A DNA stretch of 64,000 bases. Source: the human T2T-CHM13v2.0 reference genome, Homo sapiens. The position numbers and the translations under genes are program-made. The notes beneath the pieces are model-generated. The model was not told where the DNA came from, did no database searches, and saw nothing but the letters and a program-made list of their open reading frames with translations. Where the stretch lies: the NCBI RefSeq assembly GCF_009914755.1, contig NC_060944.1, one strand, 5' to 3'. Positions 37,300 to 57,943 of the stretch are shown here, piece by piece; within the stretch, counting starts at the first letter, position 1, and each line of letters begins with the position of its first letter.

Positions 37300-38282
37300 A
37301 TTGCTGGCCAGGAGTAGTCTCACATTCTAGCTGACTGATGGCCTCGGCTTCTGCTGTTGTATGTGGTTTGATGATTCATGCTGGAGCCTTTGGCTATAAC
37401 TCTCTTCCCTGTATAAGGGCCATCTGAAGTTTGTCTGCCTGACTCCATTACCTGGTGAATGAGATTGGCTAGCTGCTGCTCCTGCCCCAGCTATTCAGTC
37501 ATTTGGCAAATACTCATTTAAACAAAGCTCCACAGGGAGCTCTGAGAAGGAGCTCACCTCTAGGCACACAGAACCTGGACACAGATGAAAGTTTGCAGAA
37601 TGACCCAGTTGTGCAGAAGAGACCCACTGGCTGCTCTCAGTGAGGCCAGGGAGAGTCAAACAGAGCATCTTGGACAAAGAGAGGGCTTGAAGGCCCTTTC
37701 AAAGTGTCAAGCCAGTTGGATGCACGGGTTGTGTGGAGTCCAGGGGTACATCCAGAAGCAATGGCAGGTGTTATCCATTCATTCAGGTTAGACCTCTGAG
37801 CAGACGGCAGAAACGTCAGCCACAGGTGAGCATAAGCTCAAACCCCCCCATTGAAGGCTACATTCTTGTCCCACAGGGCAGAGCACATGGCAAGTGGCAT
37901 GCTGACTCAGACACCGGGCACTGAGAAAAGTGGGAAGCCATGGTCACAGACTCTACATTCCCCTCTCCTGTTGGCCTCCATCCCTTCCTCAACCGTCCGC
38001 AGAACACCTCCTTCCAGCACCTTAGCTCCTGCCTCCCTCTGGACCTATTCAGTCCTCAAGGGTGCCCTGCTAAAGGCTGGGCTGAAAGCTAAGAGGAGAG
38101 GTGGCATTCAATGTGTCCTGTGTCCTCCCTGGGGTTGATTAAGGGGTCGATGCCCAATAGAGTCCTTCATCTTGGCGTTCAGCCCAGGGTCCAGCTGCCA
38201 AGGGAAGGCTTGGCAATCAAGGGTGATGGAGATAAGAATGAAAAGGGGCACCACCCTGTGCCAAAGCTGGCATGTTGTATAT
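37300..38282 (-). pseudogene. ST3GAL-like unit D: internally deleted remnant
   Basis: Stem piece 37683-37770 (CHCF..GCTPGLHTTRASNWLD/HFERAFKP). Last-exon piece from acceptor 37451 (AEAEAISQLECE). Possible frameshifted TM segment near ATG 38273 (VVPLFILISITL). AATAAA at 37108-37113. No L-motif exons found. Confidence 0.65.
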
Positions 38283-38499
38283 CTGAGAGAGGAGCTGCCT
38301 ATTCACAGTGTAGGGTTGTCAAGCTGGAGGCAGGGAGAGAAAAGCAAGAGCTTTTTGGTTCCTCTTGAGGATAGAATCTATAGGAAAATGTAAGAGGGTT
38401 AAAAATAAATTTCCCATGCATCCAAACTTTTTTCTTTGGTAGACTTTCTTGTCATCTATTTAAAATGAAACAAGTGCATGTACGTGGTTAAGACATTTT

Positions 38500-41466
<2,967 letters not shown>

Positions 41467-41761
41467 TAAAATTTCTTCTTAGTTCTTTTTGTCCACAGAG
41501 ACTATCCTACAAAGAATATACAATCAAGGTGTTGAGTTTAAGGAACTTGAAATAATTATTTCTCTGGTGTTTATATTATCAATTAAATATAGTTAGGTCC
41601 ATTTGATGTGTTTTCAACTTCAGGGTTCACTTTTTTCTCATTTAATTTTATTTTTTGGTAAGATACAGCATAAGAGAGTCACATGGTGATAAGACAGAAT
41701 CAGTAATAGAATGTAGCCCTTTAATGCCACCAGAAATCCAGAGAGAGAAATAAGCTAGGGT

Positions 41762-41767
41762 TTTATT
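41762..41767 (-). terminator. Poly(A) signal of unit B
   Basis: AATAAA on the - strand about 115 nt after the stop; context tagggttttattcag on +. Confidence 0.65.
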
Positions 41768-41880
41768 CAGTAGCAGAGTAATCTCCATCCAGGGTCTGCT
41801 TGAAGCCCTAGTCCCTCTCTGACACCACAAGGTCCCCTTGGCTACCTGTCAAGCCTCCTGGGGACTCCACTGGAAACATC

Positions 41881-42036
41881 TCAGCCGTAGACAGCAATCT
41901 TCCTCTCACACTGCAGTTTCAAGATGATCTGGTATTCTGCTGGGAAATTTTGCATGGTGTTCTCAAACCAATATTTGTCATCCCAGTAATGGGACCACCT
42001 TTTGCAATTGTCTTCCCCAAAACCAAACAAGGATAC
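41881..42036 (-). pseudogene. Unit B exon 6: end of motif S, motif III and motif VS
   Basis: tcag| VSLFGFGEDNCKRWSHYWDDKYWFENTMQNFPAEYQIILKLQCERKIAVYG*. Confidence 0.92.
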
Positions 42037-42501
42037 CTGAGAGATTGGATAAGACAAAAGATGGTGGTGGTGTAACGGGCTGGATCCTGCCCTGCCCCCA
42101 TGGAACACCTATCATGCCTTCAGCACCACTCACTCAACCACTAGTGTGCCAGGCTTCCTCTTGGAGCTGGGAGGAGAATGGAGTTCACCTTCTTCAAGGA
42201 AGACAGACTCTAAATACTCATAGTGACCCCAGAGCCCAGAAAAGAGAGCACCAACTAGTTGTTCTTCATTATATATTGAGAGAAGAGAGGATTCCCCTGG
42301 GAGACAAGGGAAGGGCATTCCAGGCAGAGGGAGCAAGGTGTGAGAAGGCGTGAGGCAGCTGGTATGTTTGGAGAACCCCAAGAAGTCCAGTGCGGGAATC
42401 TGGGAGAGAGGAGAGGGAGAGAGGAGAGGGGTCAGATCATGTAGGGTGTTGAAAGCTAGGCAGAAAGTTTTAGATTTAACGGGAAGTCCTTAGGAAGACA
42501 G

Positions 42502-42799
42502 ATTTTTTTTTTTTTTTTGAGATGGAGTTTTGCTCTTGTTGCCCAGGCTGGAGTACAGTGGCATGATCTTGGCTCACCGCAACCTCCGCCTCCCAGGTTC
42601 AAGCGATTTTCTTGCCTCAGCCTCCCAAGTAGCTAGGATTACAGGCATGCGCCACCACGCCTGGCTAATTTTGTATTTTTAGTAGAGACGGCGTTTCTCC
42701 ATGTTGGTCAGGCTGGTCTCGAACTCCTGACCTCAGGTGATCAGCCCGCCTCAGCCTCCCAAAGTGCAGGGATTACAGGTGTAAGCCCCCATGCCCAGC
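42502..42799 (-). mobile_element. Alu in the last intron of unit B
   Basis: Full Alu flanked on both sides by gaagacaga. Confidence 0.9.
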
Positions 42800-42863
42800 C
42801 AAGAAGACAGAAATTTTGAGTGGCAGAGGAGTGAAAGTCCGTGAGTTGCAGGAGATATCTTAC

Positions 42864-42983
42864 CTGGTCACAGGTATGCAAGGCATACAACAGAGCCACA
42901 AACTCCAAGGACGGATACTGACCATGGTTCTCCAGCCAACTTTCCTGGATATACCTGAGGAAGTAGAGGCTGATCACCAGCAC
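42864..42983 (-). pseudogene. Unit B exon 5: sialylmotif S
   Basis: ctag| ... |gtaaga. 120 nt encoding VLVISLYFLRYIQESWLENHGQYPSLEFVALLYALHTCDQ. Confidence 0.92.
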
Positions 42984-43082
42984 CTAGGAAGATGGAGAAA
43001 GGGACTGACCTGAAGCCTGTCCCATGGCTACCCACTATCATGTTGTCCTACCACTTTCCCCTTTCCTTCCTGGGACCCTCAC

Positions 43083-43131
43083 CTTATCTTTGCTGTCTTC
43101 GGTTCCACCAGGAACCTGAACCGTCTGAAAT
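43083..43131 (-). pseudogene. Unit B exon 4 (micro-exon FQTVQVPGGTEDSKDK)
   Basis: ttttag| ... |gtgagg. A second acceptor gives an alternative exon start at 43124. Paralogous to 49127-49178. Confidence 0.8.
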
Positions 43132-43283
43132 CTAAAAAGAAATTGAGGTTTGGGAGGATTTCAGAGTCATTTGACAAGCAGACTTCAGCCTTAAGTAAGC
43201 CTTGGGGGTGCCCCAGTATCCAGCCAGGGTCTCTTTGGAGTTACCTCTGTCACTCCCTACAGTGACCTCACTCCCTGACATAC

Positions 43284-43482
43284 CCAGGGTTTTTTTTGCT
43301 TCCACATGCTTGTCTGTTTATGCAGTACACTTATGAACCACTCCAGACCAGATGAATTCAACGGAAGCAGCAGCAGTTGGGTACCGGGGTCCTGAGGGCT
43401 GGCAATCCCAGGGTACATAACGCGCATGGTGGTCCTGTTCCCCACATCTGCCTCAAAGCCTCAGACAGGGGCCTGGTTCATC
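43284..43482 (-). pseudogene. Unit B exon 3: second half of sialylmotif L, with in-frame TGA
   Basis: tcag|G ATG AAC CAG GCC CCT GTC TGA GGC TTT GAG GCA GAT GTG GGG AAC AGG ACC ACC = MNQAPV*GFEADVGNRTT..MYP. Stop at 43461-43463; donor |gtatgt. Confidence 0.92.
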
Positions 43483-43565
43483 CTGAAAAGGAAGTTAGGA
43501 TGGTCATTTAGAGGAGGAAAAGGCTTCGGCTTGGTCTTCGTCTCCACCTCCTACCCTGCACCCAC

Positions 43566-43753
43566 CTGAGGACCACTTCATGTTGATTAATCCTGAAGCC
43601 AAGGCCAGAGCTCCATAGAGACCTTGAGTTTCCCACCACTGCACAGACCCGGCAGTTGGACACCACATGGCCCAGTGGGCACAGGGGAGGTGCTTTAATC
43701 AGCTGCTGCTGCTTATTCTCAACCTCCTTCTCTGACTTGACCCTCTCGAGTCC
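43566..43753 (-). pseudogene. Unit B exon 2: first half of sialylmotif L
   Basis: ctag| ... AG|gtgggt. 188 nt encoding CRVCAVVGNSRSLWSSGLGFRINQHEVVLR. Confidence 0.92.
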
Positions 43754-43901
43754 CTAGGAGCATAGGAGGGAAGAATTTAGGGGCTTGACCCAGGTTCCAC
43801 CTACCTGTGGAAGAAGGTTAGAGCCTGGGGCCTTGATGGAGAGATGGCTAGGACCTGGGGTTGGGTCAGGGACTGGACAAAGACCAAGTTTGCGCACTGA
43901 C

Positions 43902-44210
43902 CAGCCACAATATCAGAGCATCATTGGACGTGGGATCTTGTGGCCTCTGTAGGGGTTCAACGGTACTGTCGAAGCGTCTGTCAAACCAGTCAGACTCGCC
44001 AGGCACGTGGAGGCAGGCAGAGCATGTGTGGACCTCAGATGAGCAGTTGCATTTTCTGGAAAAGTTGCTGGGATGGTGGCAGATTCCTGGGTGTATCTTG
44101 GCCATATTACGGAGGTCCTTCTGGCTGGAGTGCTGGTGTAGGAAGGAGGTGATCAGCCACAATGAAAGGACATAGGCAGCCACCAGGCCCAAACTCCTGT
44201 ATCGAATCAT
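43902..44210 (-). pseudogene. ST3GAL-like unit B coding exon 1: signal anchor and Cys-rich stem
   Basis: ATG 44210, 309 nt open, donor |gtcagt. MIRYRSLGLVAAYVLSLWLITSFL..CNC..CSACLHVPGESDWFDRRFDSTVEPL..LWL. Same length and donor as the C20orf173 exon. Confidence 0.9.
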
Positions 44211-44494
44211 GATCTCTGGCCCTGATGATGGTGCCCCTGGCAGACAGTAGATTGGCCCCGACACCTGGCACCGGGAAGAAGAGGCTGGGGCCACAGAAGT
44301 CCCCAGCATCCCCCATCTTAATGGCTTCCATCCCTCTCCCAACCCTTGACATTACACCTCCTCCCAAAACCTCGCTCCTGCCTCCCTGGCCACCTACTGA
44401 TCACTACTGGAACTGCCAAAGCCTGGCCTAGAGGCAGAAAGAAAGGGAGAGAGGACACTTTTTGTGTTCTGTGGCCTCCCTGAGGAAACTGATT

Positions 44495-44565
44495 CCTAAT
44501 GGGGTCTTCTGTGCCAGCCCAGTGATATCAGGGACTCATCACAGAGGCCACGTTGTGACCTACTC
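44495..44565 (-). promoter_or_regulatory. Putative promoter / 5' non-coding exon of unit B
   Basis: Visible sequence homology to 50545-50612 upstream of C20orf173. Confidence 0.55.
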
Positions 44566-44709
44566 CACCAAGGCCCCTCCTTCACCTTGGCATTCAGCCC
44601 AGTGCCCAGATGACCAGGGAGGTGTGGTAGTCAAGGGTCCAGGGGACAGGAGGGCACAGAGGGAGAGGTTGTATCCAGGCTGGGGTGGGTGAGCAGGAGG
44701 CAAAGAGGG

Positions 44710-47545
<2,836 letters not shown>

Positions 47546-47965
47546 GAATTGGAACTGAGGCACCTAAAAAAACTGGGAACCTCAAAATGCTAAACCTTCT
47601 GTGAAAAGCTGGGCAAAAAAACAAAAAACAAAAAACAACCCTCACCCTCCGGCATGGGTGAAACAAGGAGGTTTACTTCTTTTATCGAAGTGGGTAAAGA
47701 GCCTCCCCCAACAACTCAAAGTCTGGGTTTGCACTTGGCATGAAATTGAATCTAAACTTATACCTCCTACATGATCCAGGGCACTAGGCAAAGAAATCAA
47801 CTCAAATATTGCCCCTGAGATCTGGAAGGCACCTCTGGCCCATCCCTCCCAGACACTGTGGTTACAGGTAAGACAATCAGGCCAGGATTTTATTCAGTAC
47901 CAGACTGATCTTACAATTTCCTCCTGCCCTTTACCCACCCAGAAATAGGATTTGTATGGACTCAG

Positions 47966-48143
47966 CTAGGCTGAGCTTGTGTGAATAGTGAGCTTGTCCA
48001 CACGCTAGCTGATGGATGACTTCGATTTCTGCTCCTGCACTAGACGTGGGCAGTATTTCCTTGGAGCCCTTGGTCTGATTATCCTCCTTCCAGTGATAGA
48101 AACACTTTCCTTGCTATTCTGATCCAAATCCAAAGAGGGTGAC
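47966..48143 (-). pseudogene. C20orf173: Vestigial last exon of unit A (motif III/VS region), likely 3' UTR
   Basis: ctag| VTLFGFGSE*QGKCFYHWKED..AEIEVIHQLAC; AATAAA at 47889-47894. Confidence 0.8.
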
Positions 48144-48457
48144 CTAGTGGATAAGAGAGGGACATGTGCGTCAGCAGGCAGACTCCTGTCCTCACCCCTG
48201 CCTCCCTTCACTCAGCATCTAGGATGACAGGTTGTCCCTGGGAGCTGGGAGGAGACTGGAGCTCACCTCCAGGAAACAGACTCTGGACACTCTCCTAGAG
48301 TCACTGAGGATCCCAAAAAAGAGAATGTCAACTCGCTTTTCCTCATGGTATTGGAGGAAGAGAGGGGAACCCCCAGGACGTAAGAGAAGGGCATTCCAGG
48401 CAAACGGAATGGTGCGAGAGAAGGCATGAGGCAGCTCATGTGTCTGGGGAATTCTAA

Positions 48458-48846
<389 letters not shown>

Positions 48847-48948
48847 ACATGTAGAGTCTTGAAAGCCAGGCAGAAAACTTTAGACTCCATGCTGAAGGCA
48901 TTGAGGAGCAGGAATTTTAAGAGAAGAAGATACAAGAATCTTTCCTGC

Positions 48949-49038
48949 CGGGGCACAGTTGTGCAAGACACAGAACAAAGCCTTGGGCCCCAGGGATGAC
49001 CCTGACCCTGGTAAGACAGCCAGTTGTCCTGGTTGCAC
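48949..49038 (-). pseudogene. C20orf173: Vestigial sialylmotif-S exon of unit A (non-coding)
   Basis: cccag| ..QDNWLSYQGQG / frameshift / SLGPKALFCVLHNCAP; donor reads GC. Confidence 0.7.
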
Positions 49039-49151
49039 CTGGGGAGGAAGGGGGAGGGAACTGACCTGGGGCCCTTCCCACAGCAACCCACAGCCACATC
49101 CTACCCCTTTTCCTATTCCCCCTCACCGTGTCTTTGCTATCTTCCACTCCA

Positions 49152-49178
49152 CTAGGGAACCAGACCATCTTCCAAAAT
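49152..49178 (-). CDS. C20orf173: C20orf173 last coding segment (ILEDGLVP*); total 202 aa
   Basis: ctcag|ATT TTG GAA GAT GGT CTG GTT CCC TAG. The ancestral frame of this 52-nt exon reads FWKMVWFPSGVEDSKDT. Confidence 0.72.
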   Translation of the reverse strand: MLEDGLVP

Positions 49179-49344
49179 CTGAGAAAGAATTGGAGGTGGG
49201 GGAGTTTGGGCCACAAGACCTGGGAAAGTCCTGCAAGTGTCCCCAGTAAGCCAATAGAAGGTCTTCCCAGAGCCCCTGCTGTTACTCCCTGCAGTGACCT
49301 CCCCTCACCCCCACACAGAGAATGTCTGGGGACACCTCCATCAC

Positions 49345-49438
49345 CTTATCACTTAGAGCATCTGAAGTCCACACCAGGTCAGAGAGCTTCCGCAGTAGCA
49401 TCTCCAGCTGCATCCAGGAGCCCTGGTCGCTGGCATTC
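49345..49438 (-). CDS. C20orf173: C20orf173 exon entered at a cryptic internal acceptor (NASDQGSW...ALSDK)
   Basis: cccag|G AAT ... AAG|gtgatg. 94 nt, phase 2-0; keeps the frame open. Confidence 0.75.
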
Positions 49439-49594
49439 CTGGGATAGATGAAGCATTGTGTGTGGTTTGGTTCCCCACGTCCATCTCAAAGCCCTGGACT
49501 TGGGGCCTGCTTCATCTTGGGAAGGGGAGCAGAAACTGATGGAACTGTGGGGCAGGCCTGGCCTTCCTGCTCCCGCCCTCTCCCCAGCACCCAC

Positions 49595-49773
49595 CTGAAA
49601 ACCACGGGGTATTGGTCGATGTCGTTGCCAAGGCTGGAGCCCTGCGGGATCTGTGGGCGCCCCAACAGCACACAAGTCCCACAATAGAAATCAAAATGGC
49701 TCACCGAGAGCCTGGGAATCCCTTTAAACAGCTTCCTCCACAATTTCCCAAGCTCGCTCCCTGAGTTCATGCC
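49595..49773 (-). CDS. C20orf173: C20orf173 exon with degenerate sialylmotif L
   Basis: tccag| GMNSGSELGKLWRKLFKGIP..CGTCVLLGRPQIPQGSSLGNDIDQYPVVFR |gtgggt. 179 nt, phase 0-2. Confidence 0.9.
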
Positions 49774-49958
49774 CTGGAAACAGCAAGAGGGAGATTGGGG
49801 GCTGGGCCCAGGGGAGAGAAAACAGAGCTGGGTGGGTGAGATCTCCATCCAGAGGCTGTGAAGACAGGGCCAAGGGCAGGGATTTGGGCGGAAAGTGGGA
49901 GATGGGTGAGGCCCGGAAAGCATGGGGGATATGGCCGGGCCCAGTGTTGACCACTGAC

Positions 49959-50267
49959 CAACCACCAGAGCACAGTGTCAGAGGTCATAGACTCTCTTGT
50001 CCTCATCAGGTACCCCATAGTCTTCCTGGAGCACGCATCAAGCCAGTTCCATTCGTCGGCTGTGTGGTGGCAGGAGGAGCAGTTGAGGGTCTCAGAAGGG
50101 CAGCCACACTTCCCGGAACTGAACCAAGGGCAGTCGCAATGCTGTGGTACCAAGTACATTCGTTTTTCCTGGGGTGCTGATTCAGGTGTCAGATCCAGAT
50201 AGGGGGTCATCAGCCAGAGGATGAGCACCCAAAAGACCCACAGGACAAAAATCTGCCAGCGCTTCAT
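49959..50267 (-). CDS. C20orf173: C20orf173 first coding exon (TM anchor and Cys-rich stem)
   Basis: ATG 50267 (exon starts at 50318 after an acceptor). MKRWQIFVLWVFWVLILWLM..CDC..CGC..CSSC..WLD..LWWL; donor |gtcagt; 309 nt. Confidence 0.9.
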
Positions 50268-50540
50268 GTCTGGCCCAGGCGGTGGCTCCCGTGGTGGGCC
50301 GTAGACTGGCTTCTCTACCTGTAAGGATGAGGGGCTGAGGCCACAGACAGCACCAGCTTCCCTCTGTCCTGTCGGCCTCCACAACTCCCCATCCCACCAC
50401 CTTCCACCTCCTTCCAACCCCTCCTCTCCTGCCTCACTATCCATTTGCTCACCCTCAAAACGGTCTCTGACTGGGCATGGGGTGGAAGAGGCCAGGGCAG
50501 AGAGACAGCATGTGGCTAGTCCTGAGAGGGGAAGGAATAC

Positions 50541-50615
50541 CTCAGTGGGGGCCTTGCTGTCATCCCAGTTATATCATAGATCTCATCACAAAGTACACAT
50601 TGTGACCTCCCTCCT
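50541..50615 (-). promoter_or_regulatory. C20orf173: Putative C20orf173 promoter / non-coding first exon
   Basis: Donor GAG|gtattc at 50541/50540. The block is conserved with 44495-44565. Confidence 0.5.
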
Positions 50616-50746
50616 TTAGCCTGCCTGAAAAAAGCCACCACCCTACCCTTTCTCTGACACCGAAATGACCTCCACTGGATGTAAGATTCATGAGGACAGG
50701 GGCTGACCTAGTCTCTCTTCTTCACCTCTGCAGCTCTAAGACTTAG

Positions 50747-51322
<576 letters not shown>

Positions 51323-51605
51323 TAGTAGAGACGGGGTTTCCCCATGTTGGTCAGACTGATCTCGAACTTCTGACCTCAGGTGATCCGCCCGCCTTGGCCT
51401 CCCAAAGTGTTGGGATTACAGGCATGAGCCACTGCACCCCGCCCCAGCCTGGAACTTTAAATATACTTGTGTGTGATGCCCTCTCTGGAGTTGTGTGACA
51501 TCAACTCAATCCTCTCTTGTAGTCTCTAGACCCCATATCCAACAGCCTACTGAATTGCCACTTAGATGGCTCAGAGACATCTCACCTGAATAAGCCTGAG
51601 ACTGA

Positions 51606-52410
<805 letters not shown>

Positions 52411-52971
52411 TAGAAACGGGGTTTCACTGTGTTGGCTAGGCTGGTCTCCATCTCCTGGTCTCAAGCAATCCGCCCACCTCGGCCTCCCAAAGTGCTGGAA
52501 TTACAGGCGTGAGCCACCGAGCCTTGCTGATTTTTTTTTTTAAGTAGAGATGGGGTTTACTGTGCCAGCCCTGTCTCGAACTCAGCTCAAGTGATCCACC
52601 CTCCTCGGCCTTTCAAAGTGCTGAGATTACAGGCATAAGCCACTGAGTCTGGCCTCAAATCCATTTTTTAATTCGTTTCTATTTCTAAGTCATCTTCTTC
52701 ATCTCCACTGCCACCCCCTTAATTCAATTGTAGTCTTGTAAAGATAGTAAAAAAATGAAAATGTTTGAGTTGTTTTTAAAGTTTAAGAAAAAAACAGAAC
52801 ATTTTGGTTTTTAAAAAAAATCAAAACATTTTATTCAATGGGATAAGAACAGTAAAATTCTTCATCTTAACTAGTGGAAAGCTGCACTGGATATTGTATA
52901 GCTTTTAAATCAATTCACCCAAATATCTGAGTAAGGTGTGTAGGCTAGTTAATTATATCATACCAACGTCA

Positions 52972-53253
<282 letters not shown>

Positions 53254-53460
53254 TTAGCTGGGCAAAAAGAGTGAAACTCTGTCTCAAAAAAAGAAAAAGA
53301 AAAATTACTATATGTATTATATGGTAAGACACTACCATTAAGAGAAAATGAAGGCCAGGCACAGTGGCTCGTGCCTGTAATCCCAGCACTTTGGGAGGCC
53401 AAGGTGGGGTTTGAAGCTTGAAGCCAGGAGTTTGAGACCAGCCTGGGCAACACAGCAAGA

Positions 53461-53464
<4 letters not shown>

Positions 53465-53511
<47 letters not shown>
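53465..53511 (+). repeat. (AC)n microsatellite in an Alu mid-A linker
   Basis: About 23 units. Confidence 0.95.
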
Positions 53512-53515
<4 letters not shown>

Positions 53516-54059
53516 ATTAGCTGGGCTTGGTGGTGTGCGCCTTTATTCCTAGCTACTTGGGAGGTTCAGGTGGGAGGATCACTTGAGTCCAGGAGTTAAA
53601 GGCTGCAGTGAGTTATGATAGCAGCACTGCACTCCAGCCTGCGTGACAGAGCAAGACTCTGTCTCTAAAAAAAAAAAATAAAGCAAAAATAAAGAATAAA
53701 ATGGGAAAATGGATGATGGGTACATGGGAATTTTCTGTACTATTTTTACAATTTCTTGTGTGCCTATGGTTTTTTCAAAATGAAAAGGTTTTAAAAATTA
53801 TCTACCAGCCTGGGCAACGTAGGGAGACCCTATCTCTATAAAAAATATAAAAATTGGCCATTGTGGTCCCAGCTACTCAGGAGGAGACTGAGGTAGGGAA
53901 TACTTGAGCCCAGGAAGTCAAGGCTTCGGTGATATGTGATTGCACCACTGCACTCCAGCCTGAGTGACAGAGTGAGACCTTGTCTCAAAGAAAAAAAATC
54001 ATTTAGGAAAAGATGTATAGCAAGTTTTATTGCTATTTCATTTACATCAACTGCTATAA

Positions 54060-54368
<309 letters not shown>

Positions 54369-54413
54369 TAAAATTTTTGTAAACTCATAAAATTTACCAT
54401 TTTAACCATTTTA

Positions 54414-54790
<377 letters not shown>

Positions 54791-54809
54791 TTATATAATA
54801 TATATAAAA

Positions 54810-55330
<521 letters not shown>

Positions 55331-55678
55331 ATTTTATCCATTTTTTTAATGTGCAACCATCATCACTATCTAGTCTCAGAACACATTCATCATTCCAAGC
55401 ATACTCTAGTGAATAATACATTGAATAAGACTAGAATCAATTACATGACATTCATATCCCCACTACCCATTTTTTCCAGATCTTAGCATTTCTTTGCTTT
55501 TGCTGTTCTGGTGTTTAGGTATGAATATATGTTCATTTATCCTGTTACAGTACATTCAGGCTTCCTAAATATGAGAACTCTTGCCTTTCATCAATTCTGG
55601 GTAATTCTCAGCCATTTCTTTCAAATATTGCCTCTCCCTTATTCTCAGTATTTCCTCCTATTAGGAAACTCCTATTAG

Positions 55679-56171
<493 letters not shown>

Positions 56172-56212
56172 TAAACTTAAATGACTATTTTTCATTTCTA
56201 GAAATTCTTTGA

Positions 56213-56344
<132 letters not shown>

Positions 56345-56396
56345 TGAGTAGCTGGGATTACAGGCGTGCGCCTGCCATCTTGGGAAAGTCAGTTCA

Positions 56397-56744
<348 letters not shown>

Positions 56745-57586
56745 CTAACTCCCACGTTGTTTTGAGGGTGAAATGGATTACAGCAATGGGCATATTGTCC
56801 ATGTTCAGTTAGTATTAGTTTCTCCTTGTCTTTGCTCCTTCCTTGGTGAGCTGCGGTCAGGCTGCCACAGTCACCCAACTCCAGGGTCCCTCCTCTTCCT
56901 TTTTATGGAAGCATTCCCTAACCCAGCATGTTAGTCACCTTCCCTTACAGACTCCCATGGTCCCCCTGTGCCACCTCTTATCAAAGTTTTGATCTTAAGT
57001 CATTGAATGATTTGAGCTATGCACTTTGAAATAAAACAGACTGGAGTTTAGATATTAGCTTATTAGCCACTCAAAGCTTTTAATCAGGGATAATAATAGC
57101 AGTTAGCATCTAAGGTTGTTGTTTTTGTTGTTGTTTTGTTTTTAGAGACAGGGTCTTGCTATATTGCCCAGGCTGGTCTCAAACTCCTGGGCTTAAGTGA
57201 TCCTCCCTCTCCTGCCTCAGTCTCCCAAGTAGCTGGAACTATAGGTGTGTACCACTGTGCCCGGCCTAAGGTTGTTGTGAAGATGAACTGACATGATATA
57301 GGTGAAGATAAAAGAGTTTACAACAGGGCAGGTGCGGTGGCTCATGGCTGTAATCCCAGCACTTTGGGAGGCCAAAGCGGGCAGATCATTTGAGGTCAGA
57401 GTTCGAGACCAACCTGGCCAACATGGTGAAACCCCATTTCTACCAAAAATATAAAAAATTAGCCAGGTGTGGTGGTGGACGCCTGTAATCCCACTACTCG
57501 GGAGGCTGAGGCATGAGAATCGCTTGAACTGGGAGGTGGAGGTTGCAGTGAACTGAGATTGCACAACTGCACTCCAGCCTGGGTAA

Positions 57587-57943
<357 letters not shown>

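Noticed and set aside
43461-43463. Selenocysteine or programmed read-through at the unit B TGA
   Set aside because: The position is not a Cys site, the context is TGA-G rather than the leaky TGA-CTA, and I saw no SECIS; simple nonsense is more likely.
50268-50444. N-terminal extension of C20orf173 (and 44211-44342 for unit B)
   Set aside because: It crosses a splice acceptor (50318; 44264 for unit B). The downstream ATG gives matching 309-nt exons with a type II anchor in both units.
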